This document shows, one piece after another, positions 40,301 through 52,300 of a stretch of 63,966 bases of DNA. Position numbers and translations under genes: made by a program. The DNA comes from Chiloscyllium plagiosum (taxonomy: Eukaryota). The stretch lies in contig NC_057718.1 of assembly GCF_004010195.1 (NCBI RefSeq), forward strand, positions 54,717,864 through 54,781,829. Reading direction: 5' to 3'. How positions within the stretch are numbered: position 1 is the stretch's first letter; the number at the start of each line of letters is the position of its first letter. The notes beneath the pieces are model-generated. The model was given only the letters and a program-made list of their open reading frames with translations, did not search any database and was not told where the DNA came from.

Positions 40301-43300
40301 CAGATCCTGTTGTAATCTGAGGTAACCTTCTTCGCTGTCGACTACACCTCCGATGCTGGTGTCATCTGAAAACTTACTAACCATACCTCTTATGCTCACA
40401 TCCAAATCATTTATATAAATGATAAAAAGTAGAGGACCCAGCACCAATCCTTGTGGCACTCCACTGGTCACAGGCCTCCAGTCTGAAAAACAACCCTCTA
40501 CCACCACCTTCTATCTTCTACCTTTGAGCCAGTTCTGTTTCCACATGGCTAGTTCTCCCTGTATTCCATGAGATCTAACCTTGCTAACCAGTTTCCCATG
40601 GGGAACCTTGTTGAAAGCCTTACTGAATTCCATATAGATCACATCTACCGCTCTGCCCTCAATCCTCTTTGTTACTTCTTAAAAAAAGCTCAATCAAGTT
40701 GGTAAGACACTATTTCCCACACACAAAGCCATGTTGACTAACCTTTCCAAATACATCTACATCCTGTCTCTCAGGATTCCCTCCAACAACTTGCCCACCA
40801 CTGATGTCAGACTCACTTGTCTATAATCCCATGGCTTGTCTTACCACCTTTCTTAAACAGTGGAACCACGTTAGCCAATCTCCAGTCTTCCGACACCTCA
40901 CCCGTGACTATCAATAACACAAATATCTCAGTAAGAGGCCCAGCCATCACTTCCCTCGCTTCCTACGGTACACGTGATCAGATCCTGGGGATTTATCCAC
41001 TTCTGTGCATTTCAAGACATCCAGCACTTCCTCCTCTAATATGGACATTTTTCAAAATGTCACTATTTCCCTACATTCTATATTTTCCATGCCCTTTTCC
41101 ACCATAAATACTGATGCAAAATACTCGTTTAGTATCTCCCCCATTTTCTGCGGCTCCACACAAAGGCCGCCTTGCTGATCTTTGAAGGGCCCTATTCTCT
41201 CCCTAGTTACCCTTTTGTCCTTAATCTATGTGTACACATCCTTTGGATTCTCCTTAACTTTACTTGTCAATGCTATCTCATGTCTTCTTTTTGCCCTCCT
41301 GATTTCTCTCTTAACTATACTCCTACTGCATTTATAGTCTAAGGATTCACTCGATCTATCCTGTCTATACCTGACATTTGCTTCCTGCTTTTTCTTAACC
41401 AAACCCTCAATTTCTTTCATCATCCAACGTTCCCTGCACTTACCAGCCTTTCCTTTTACCCTAACAGGAATATACTTTCTCTGGATTCTCGTTATCTCAT
41501 TTCTGAAGGTTTCCCATATTCCAGTCGTCCTTTTACCTGCGAACATCTGCGCTCAACTAGCTTTTCAAAGTTCTTGCCTAATACTGTCAAAATTGGCCTT
41601 TCTCCAATTTAGACCTTCAACTTTTAGATCTGGTCTATCCTGTTCCATCACTATTTTAAAACTAAAAGAATTATGGTCACTGGCCCCAAAGTACTCCCCC
41701 ATTGACAACTCCGTCACCTGCCCTGCCTTATTTCCCAAGAGTAGGTCAAGTTTTACACCTTCTCGTAGGTACATCCACATACTGAATCAGAAAAGTGACT
41801 TGTACAATTAACAAATTCCTCTCCATCTAAACCCTTAACACTATGGCAGTCCCAGTTAAAATCTCCTACCATAACCACCCTATTATTCTTACAGATAACT
41901 GAGATCTCCTTACAAATTTGTTTCTCAATTTCCCACTGACTATTAGGGGGTCTATAATACAATCCCAATAAGGTGATTATCCCTTTCGTATTTCTCAGTT
42001 CCACCCAAATAACTTCCCTGGATATATTTCTGGGAATATCCTCACCTAATACAGCTGTAATGCTAACCCTTGTCCCCCTCCTCTCTTGCCTTCCTTTCTA
42101 TCCTTCCTGCAGCGGTCTATAATACAATCCCAATAAGGTGATTATCCCTTTCGTATTTCTCAGTTCCACCCAAATAACTTCCCTGGATATATTTCTGGGA
42201 ACATCCTCACCTAATACAGCTGTAATGCTAACCCTTGTCAAAACATCACTCCCCCTCCTCTCTTGCCTTCCTTTCTATCCTTCCTGTAGCATTTGTATCC
42301 TGGAACATTAAGCTGCCAGTTCTGTCTATCCCTGAGCCACATTTCTGTAATTGCTATGGTATCCCAGTCCCATGTCCCTAACCATGTCCTGAGTTCATCT
42401 GCCTTCCCTGTTAGACCTCTAGCACTGAAATAAGTGCAGTTTATTTTATCAGGCCTACCTTGTTCTCTGCATTGCCCCTGCCTGCCTTTGTTCTCAACTG
42501 TGCCAGTCTCAGATTGATCTCTTTCCTCACCATTTCCCTGGAGTCCCTCCCCTCAGAATCTCAACCTTTTTCCTTCCTATGTCATTGGTTCCAATGTGTA
42601 CAATGACCTCCTGCTGGCCCCTCTCCCCCTTGACAACATTCTGCACCCTCAGACATCCTTGATCCTGGCAACAGGGAAGCAACACACCATTCCGATTTTT
42701 CGCTGCTGGCCACAGAAACATCTGTCTGCACCTCGGATCAGACAGTCCCTTAACACAATTTGATCTCTTGGAACCCGATGTACCCTTCATTGCATTAGAG
42801 CCAGTCTCGATACCAGAAACTAGGCTGTTCATGCTACGTTCCCCTGAGAATCCATCACCTTCTACATTTTCCAAAACACTATACGCGTTTGAAATGGGGA
42901 TAGCCATACAAGACTCCTGCACTAACTGCCTGCCTCTCTTACCCTTCCTGGAGTTTACCCATCTACATGACTGTATTTGCGACCTTCCCTCCTTCCTATA
43001 ACTGCCATCCATCACATCCCCTTGCTCTTGTACATTCCTCATTGCCTCTAACTACCTCTCCAACTGATCCATTCGACCTGATAGATGGATTTGCAACCAA
43101 CGGCATTTATTGCAGATATAATCCTCTGTAACCCGTAAACTCTCCCTAAACTCCCACATCCGATAGGAAGAGCATATCACTCTACTGAAGGCCATTTTTA
43201 CTTCTTTTAATCCACAGACCCAGAAAATACCACTGTCTTGTTCCTCTACAAAACATTGCTCCAGGTTAAATTAATAGCTATGGCTTATATCAAGTTTAAT

Positions 43301-46300
43301 CAAGATACATATCTCAATAAAACAATCAACAAAGAACCCACTACTGCAGACTTACTGTAAGGCCACACTTAAAATATCCACTTATGTGTTTCTGTGCTGT
43401 GACCCCTCCCAAACAGGTTCCTCCAAAATTAGTTGTGAATTTCACTGTTTGCTCATTTTCCCAGACGCACTTCTATGTCCAGCAATACATGAATTCAAAC
43501 AGCAAAGGCAGTAACTGTGCAGTTTGACTGCTCTGTCAGTTAGCAATGTGGGTTTCTTTCTCTCTGTCTTCTGCACTGATGTCATGTGCTTCCTTTGTCT
43601 ATTCCTCTCCCTTTCAAAAGTGCTGTTGTTTTGACTTTTTCTCCTCCAAATTTCCAAAACAATGCAACAGCATATAAGACAGTAATTGCTGCTCCTGGAA
43701 TTTGAGGAAATCACCTCCAACACCTAAAATACCTTAAAAAAGGAGCAGCTGTTACAGCCAGACATTTTTCCAGTCCTCCACCTTGGATTCAGAGATTAGA
43801 GTCGAGAGTGTGGTGCTGGAAAAGCACAGCAAGTCAGACAACATCTGAGGAGCAGGAGCATAAACCCTTTATCAAGCCCTTAAACACACATCTTCATTAC
43901 TCAGACCTCTGAGTCAAGAGAGTTGGTATACCATGTTGAGGTTGTACAGGATTTGGTGAGGCCTCTGAAGTAGTGTGCGCAGTTCTGGTAACCATGCTAT
44001 AGGAAGTGTATTATTAAACTTGAGACGGTTCAGAAAAGAGTTATTAGGATGTTGGTTCAGTAACAAATTTTTCAAGATATTTAGATAAGTTCATGAACAG
44101 GAAAGGTTTGGAGGGATAGGGACCAAATGCAGACAAGTGGGACTTGTTTAGTTTGGAAGCATGTTTGGCATGGATTGGTTGGACTGAAGGGACTATTTCC
44201 AGGCTCTATGACTCTGGTTTTATAAAGGCATGGATGGGTTTCAGCAGTCAATGAGTTGAAGCAAACAAGGGTTCTGATGTTAGAGGTGAAATAGGTGGCA
44301 TTAGCAACTGTGCAAAATGCGGTAAGTAGGTCTGCACTAAGTCAGGGTCTGGGCATGTAAGGCATCTGAAGGAGGTGCAATTCGTTAAGTATTTTCTGAA
44401 GTGCAGCAGGATTCTTCAATTTCTTAAATATATACTTTTGCAGGGTTTCAGGCAGAGGGAAATTGCCCAGCAAAATTTCTATTTCACAGGCACATCCTTC
44501 AGAGTCTACTACAATGAGGATTCCACAGGGTTCCTACTCACACCTCCAATCTTTGCTTCAGAAACAATTATCTGTCCATCAAAATATCTGGGCCATATCT
44601 GGAAGAGAAATGATGGGGATGAGGGTTGGTGGTGGTGACATTACCAAGGATAAATTCTGCTGTGGAAAATATAAGCAATAGTGAGAGCAGGAAGAGAAGC
44701 AGCTACAAATGAAATACTGGTTATAATTGGATAATGGTAGAACCAAGAAAAAGGATACTTAAAATGAAAGCGAAGAGGCAAGTCTCGCATCCCAATCCGA
44801 TCGACTGGAATAGATCCTAGCCTACCCTCAAAACTAGGATTTACTTTGAATGTACTTTCCATTCAAAATTTTTTGTGATATGGATTGAAATGTGGCAGTC
44901 TAACAGGTATTGAAGTATTAAACCTCTGCATATTAGCAATTCAAGATTTAAGTATGATTTCTCTTTAACCCGGTTGCCCTTTTTATTAACTGCACTCTCC
45001 AAGCTCCAACGACGTTTACTGAAACTCTTCCTTAAGTCCTGTTTAGCTAAACATTCTTACAAAAACAGCCTGAATCCATCTATGTGCTCAGCTCATGAAA
45101 ATCAAAAAGTCTTAAGTATTGAATTGTAAACATTCTTTAACTACTGATATGGAGAGAAATAAACAGAGCTGTCGTAACTCAAACGGCAAAAGGAGGAAAT
45201 TAAAACAAAGACATTTTAAAAAAACTTGACAATATTGTAAGAAACTCTGCACTTACGGTCGACAGCACTTCACCAGTGTCTTCAATACATTTTCTACGGA
45301 GCTTGAGAGAGAAACACAATTAATATTTCAAGCCTCTGCAATATTCAAAACAGTTCATCAGTAGCTTATGTTGCATAGGAAATCTGAAAACAATTAGAAA
45401 TCAGTTACTACTTCCCAGCTACCTCTTTATAACTACAGCTACTACTTGCACATAAATTAACATAGCAGACATTATTAAGCATTCAACTTAAGATACAACT
45501 CTACTTAGAATGCAAAGGACGCTCTAACACAAACCAACAGGATTATACATTCATACCAATTTATATACTCAGTTTGTGTTTCTTTATAGTTTAGTTTGAA
45601 AAGTCATTCCCTACTTCATTTTATCTTCTCCTGATGTTAGGAACTACAAATGTCAATATAAATGACAAAAAAAAACTGCCGAAGTATGGAGCAAATTTCT
45701 TTTCTAAATGCATGAAAAGAGAATTTGCTTCACAAGTTAAAAAACTGAAAACAAAAGGTGAAAGTTCAAATAAATGTCTCGAAAATTTCACATCAAAACA
45801 TCTTGAACAATGCAGCTATAATTGGATATTAATTCACACTCTAGTTTCTTGTGAAATATCACTCAAATAACAAACAAATGCAATTTTCTGGTGGTGGCCT
45901 TGAATATGACAAAAGGAACAAAAAAAATCACATGACTGCAAATACGCAAATAGATGATTTTGCACTTTATTTCTGTTACATTTAACCAAATATTTCAATC
46001 GATGTAAGATGCTTTTAACAGTTCTTCACAGCAGTACTCTACTACACTATTAGTATTGCATATATGGCATTTATGCAAATAGCAGCCCCAAACCATCTCA
46101 AACAGAAATTTAAATGCAGTGCAATGTTCTCAATAGTGGTGTAATGTTATCATTTTGTTTTTAAACAAATGATGCACAACAAAAAGATGCATTTTAGTAA
46201 AAATGTTACATCTGTGTGATAAGCACCACATTTATAAAAACATGCATTATTGATCGGGCAAACATATAAATATCTTCCTTACCACCTATGCAAAACACTA

Positions 46301-49300
46301 AGCACACACGATTTAGGGGAAGAGAAGCCTTGTCGGAATGAACTGAATAATAAAGAGAAATAGGTCAGAAAGGGCACAGAAAATCAATAGATTAGAAACA
46401 CTGCCATATTAGCACTCAACATGAGTACATGACAGCCTTTGACATTTAAGTGGTGCTCACACAGTCATTTCTCACCTCAGCTTAGGTATTTTTAAAAGTA
46501 TACTTGAGATGAATAGTAAAGCAAAATCAGTTTAAACAGCACCATTGAGAATAGATCGCACTGCACATAAGTAACAACAATTTTGCAACTATCAAGGGGA
46601 AAAAACTGGAGATTTGTCACAAAAGACTGTGCTAATTGAATTTGATGTCAGTTATCAAATTGTTACCAAAGAAATTCATCATGGAAAGTAAACAAGTTCA
46701 AAGTAATCTTAAGCACACTTGCAATTAAATAAGAAATGCAATTACAACATTCGACAGCAAAGTTTGAACAGATTTGATCTCTTAGACATTAAGGAAATGG
46801 GGTTGCAAAATGACCAAGATTGGAAAATAAATATTCTGATAAAATTAACTTTTATAAGCGAGGGGCAAAAATAAAGAGAGGAAGAGCAATCCTGATGATA
46901 AACAATTGGATAACAGACAAAGGAAAAGACCTTTGTATCGAAAAACAAGAGAATCAGTTTAGGTGAAGGCAAGAAGAAGCAAGTACACAAATCTTTGATG
47001 TGAGCCATTTATTGATTCCTTAATAATAATCAAAGTGCAGAAAAAAAAGTATGAATCAGGAAATTAGTAACACACATAATAAGGGAAATGTAGTGATCAT
47101 GGAGGGCTTTAATGTTCATGTAGCCCAGGGAATCCAAATCTGGAGGGATATCTTCATGATAGTTTTATTGTGTCCAATTAGAATGTTGAAGAACCAACTG
47201 GGGAACAGGTTATTTTGATTTCTGACTTGGGTAATGAGAACAGGTTGATAAATAATTTCATAATACATGGGCCTTTATGGAGAGCACCCATAGAATGGTC
47301 AAATTTTGTGAGGCCAAAAGATGGAGCAGAGTATGCAGCTTATCTGAAGGTGGACACTGCGCTATCGGGAGCATAAGGAAGGCTCTCTTGACATGTTTTC
47401 TGCAATAACTGGATTGTGTTGGTGGAATTAATTACATGGGGCCTATATTTTACACGCAGGTTAAAAGAATGAATGAGTTAAATCAAGACTGCAAGAGGGC
47501 ATGAAAGGAGCAGCACCGAACACACCTAAAAATAAGGTGCCAACCTGGTAAAGTTGGAAAAAATAATATCCTGCAGATGCTGGAAATTTGAAATAAAGGC
47601 AGAATGCTGAAGAAATAAAGGAGGTCTGGCAGCATTTGTGTATACAGAAACAAAGTTAATGTATTGAGTTCCATGACTCTTCTTTGGTTTTGCAGATGAC
47701 TACTTGCGTGCCAAATAGCAAAAGCAGTAAGTGATAGACAAGACTAAATGATTTCACAATCAACAGATCAAAGCACTGCAATCTTGCCAGATCCAATCAT
47801 GAATGATGGTAAACAATTAAAAAAGCCACTGGAGAAGGATTCACACACATCCCTGTACTCCAAGAGTGAGGAGCCCAGCACAGTGAAAAGACAAAACTGA
47901 AGCATTTGCAACAATCTGCAGCCTGAATTGCTGAGTGAACAATCCATCTCATCCTTCTCCATAGGTCTCCAGCATCAAGCATGCAGTTTACAGAATATTC
48001 AATTTACCCTCAGTGTGGTATGAAGAAACAGGTGAAGCTACTGTGTACTACAAAAGCTACAAGCTCTCAACATTCCAGTGATAGTACTCAAGACTTGAGC
48101 TCCAGAGCTTACCAAGTACCGAGCCAAGCTGTTGTAGTACAATTACAACACTGGCATTACCCAACAATGTGATAAATTAACCAGGTATGTCTATACACGA
48201 AAAACAGGACAAAAGCAAAGAACTGGCGATACTGCAGATCTGAAAAACAAAGTGCTGGAGAAATACTGCAGATGCTGCAAGACCCGCCAATTTCTCCAGC
48301 ACTACGTGCATTTCTAACAATACTGATTCAACAGTCTACTTTCGTTATCAGTAAAGCATCAGAAGGGGTCATCAACAGTGCTGAAGAAGGGCTTATGCCC
48401 GAAACGTCGATTCTCCTGTTCCCTGGATGCTGCCTGACCTGCTGCGTTTTTCCAGCAACACATTTTCAGCTCTGATCTCCAGCATCTGCAGTCCTCACTT
48501 TCTCCTCAAAGACATCAACAGTGCTATCAAGCAGTACCTGCTTAGCAATACCCTGCTCACTGATACTCATTTTGTGTTCTGGCAAGGCTACTTAGCTCCT
48601 AAATTCTACATAGCTTTGCTTCAAATATGGAGAAAAGACAAGAACGGCTAACCTTAACGTCATTGCCTCATTTGACTGATTTTTGGCATCAAAGAGCCCA
48701 AGCAAAACTAGAGTCAATCAGACACCCAAAAAAAAGCAAGATAGCAGTGGTTGTTTGAAGTTTACCATCTGGAGTTCTTCTGGTAGTGTCACAAATCCAA
48801 CCAACCATTTTCATCTGTTCTATCAATGACTTACTACCCTTTGCAGAAGTGGATACGTTCACTGACAACTGCAAACTTTTCTGCACCATTTGCAGCTCGC
48901 CTGATAGCAAAGCAGTCCATGTCCGAATAGTATTCAAGCTTTGACTGACAAATAGCAAGTAACATTCGGCACACAAGTACAAGGAAATGGCCGTACAAGG
49001 TAAAAACAATGACTGCAAATGCTGGAAACCAGATTCTGGATTAGCGGTGCTGGAAAAGCACAGGAGTTGAGGAAGCATCCAAGAAGCAGTAAAATCGACA
49101 TTTCAGGAAAAAGCCCTTCATCAGGAATACAGGTACTATTCCAGCACCACTAATCCAGAGTCTCCTAGATAGAATCTAACCCCTCGACATTCATTGACAC
49201 AACCATTATATCTTCCACTATCAATATCCTTGGATTTCCATTCAGAATACAAGAACTAGAAGCAGGAATAGACTATCCCTCAAGCCTGCTTCGCCATTAA

Positions 49301-52300
49301 ATAACATCACAGATGATCTCAACATGGCCTTAATGTCATTTTCTTGCTCATTCCCATAATCCTTCAATCAATGCAGTTCTGATTGCCTCAATATATTAGC
49401 TTCATATTTCATAGATTGTGCAGATAGATTCTTTAAAGTGCACAGTGCCTGTTATGGGCCTTTTTTGATCATGGTCAGCAATTTATACTCAGAAAAAGAT
49501 ACCAACTATTTATCATTTTCATGCAGTCAAATATATATCTTCTTTTGGGTTTCAGGGCAGTGTTTTGAGATTTCAAAGATGCATTTAAAAATTTTAATTT
49601 AGTGGCTTTCTAAGTTTATAGTTATAGCACATAGAACAAGTAACAGATAGTATTCCCAACATTCCCCCAAGCATTTGAAATGAACAGAGTAGTCAGTTCT
49701 ACACAGGTATACTAAAACTCTGTAGTGTCTGCTCACTTTGGGGAGAATTTCACTTTCTTTGAAGGGAACAAACTTAACCAAACAGGTATTAAATAGTACC
49801 TAGGCTCTCTCAGTGAGTCTGCTCTCAGTTTTCCATTAGTGAGGATGACAGTTTTCCTTCTAAGAAAATACATCCAATTTATTTTGCAAGCCAATTGCAG
49901 TAACATACTTGCTACAACTGCTGGAGACCCCACTTCTGCCTTACAGATATCTGTCTCATATCTGTTAAACTGCAGCAATGTTGTCAGTTATGCAAGAGGG
50001 AACCTGTTCATCCTCATGTTGTTGCGCCCTCTGTGAAGAGGAGAAGTGCATTGTATAAGCTTAAGAGTGAAATCAGAGTCACGCAACTCAAGGAAATACA
50101 CTTTACTAGCTGGTCACTGCAAAGTAGCCTGCATGTCATCAACTAGAAAATAGAAAAAAATATTGTGCAATTATGACTGCAAATGATTCACTTTGCCACA
50201 CCTCTTACAGAATAAAAACAGAAGCAAGCTTGACTTACCTCATTCCCCTTACCCAAAAAATGCTCTTTATTAATCAGGAGCCAAATAGCAGAAATAAAAT
50301 GCCTTTTAAATAAATAGTCAAATTCTAATTCAGTAATACTGCAGCAATACATAAACATATGCTTACTTTGGAAACCAATTTAGTCCAAGGTGTTCTGTCT
50401 TTGAGTACAAAATTCTTTCCATCATTTCATACAATGGTCTCCATGGCAGCTGCAAGTCTTCTCTTGATAAGAGCTCTTTTTTTCTAGGTGAAATAGACAG
50501 GAAAAACATAATTTACAAACACATAACTGAACGTGAACAAATACATTGCAAAGATAATTTTTAAACCTTGCTCATATTGCTTTTTTTTAAAAAACGTTTT
50601 TGCACTTTCCACATTTGTCGTTTCTCTTCAGCTTACCTATTGCTGTTTTGGCAACCCATTCTTTTCCAACAATTGTTTTGTTCTCCATACTGCTGCCTAT
50701 ATCACTTATTTTACACTCCCGTGTTGATCTGATTTCAAAATCAGATTTCCCTTCAGAATATCACTTCTAAGCAACTGCACGCAAGCCCCTTCAGCTATCT
50801 ATTTTATCTGCTCTTATTTTGACAAATGCAAAATATGCATCATGTGGATAATGACAAAAGGTGCCCCTAATCAGGGTTGCCAATTGTAAATTTAAACAAG
50901 ACTAAAACAACTGAAGAAAATATAAAAGTAGTGCAGATCCTAGAGACCAGAAACAAAACAGAAATTGCTGGGAAAACTTGGGAGGTCTGGCAGCATCTGA
51001 GGAGAAAAGGTCAAGTTTACATTTCGGGTTCAGTGACCCAATTCTGAAGATGAACCCAAAACATTAACTCTGCTTTCTCTTTCTCTCCACAGACCTGAAG
51101 ATAGTGAGAACTGCAGATGCTGGAGATCAGAATGGATAAAGAGTGGAGCTGGAAAAAGCACAGTCGGTCAAGCAGCGCCAGAGGAGGAGGGGAGTTGACA
51201 TTTCAGGTCGAAACCTTTAATCAGTCCCCTCCTCTGATGCTGTTTGACATGCTCTGCTTTTTCTAGCTTTTACCTTCTTTTCCAGTCTTTATCTTTCTCT
51301 CCACAGATGCTTCCAAACCTGAGTTTTCCCAGCAACTTCTGTTTTTGTTGTAGAATACATATCGTACACTACATGATAAAAATCTACAGAGAAATGCATG
51401 AGACGGCCTTTGTTTTTTGCAGGCTGGGTTCAGAAGCAGTGTTCTACATTTTTAAAAAATATTTGTTGTCTTTCTTGCCCTGAATATGATCCTGAAAGAC
51501 TGAAGCGATTTGAATATGGTGCACCATATTGGGACACACAATATTGTTGAAGAAGTGTTACCCTGATCAATCTGTGAATACAGTCCACAGTTTAAAAATG
51601 CAGCTGTGTAAGTGGTATCAAAGAAATAGTTGATTAAAAATCATTAAGTCACTTGGAGAAAAAGAAAGAAATGGAAGGAAAGTGATAAACAAGTTAAATG
51701 TAACAGTCACAGGGATGCAACTGAGGTCAAACAGGATCAAATTTGAAAGGTTGCGAATAGCTTCTCCCAATTGGAGATAATTGTGGAGATTTGAATGCAA
51801 CTTTTAGTCATACAGATATTAAATGTGTTTAATGGAAACTAGGAGCAGTAATTGTTAGAGCATTACTTTCTACTTAATTTGAATTTGCATCTCCACAAGA
51901 AAAATGCAAATTGTGCATTTTTGTTTAAAAATGTGAATCGAAAATCAAGTTAGAATGTGATCTGAAGGATGCCAAAAATAGCTTCCCACACACATAGATC
52001 ACAGCATTGTTGCAAATGCAGAGAATTAAGGAGAGAAAGAAGCTAATAATTAGAAGCTATACCTCCTACCCTGCATAAAAGGTTTACCAAATCTGTGTAT
52101 ATGTAGACTGTGTTCTTGGAATGTCTGAATAACAAACAAAGGAATCACTGGTGAGTTTTCAGAAACACATTAAAGCTGACCTAAAAACAATCTTTAACAC
52201 TGAGAACGGCAAAACAGCAGTTTTTTTTAAATAGATATTTTTATTAAAAATTTAATATGTTTTTACAAGTTTACAAATTTAAAAAAACACAAGTACAAAC

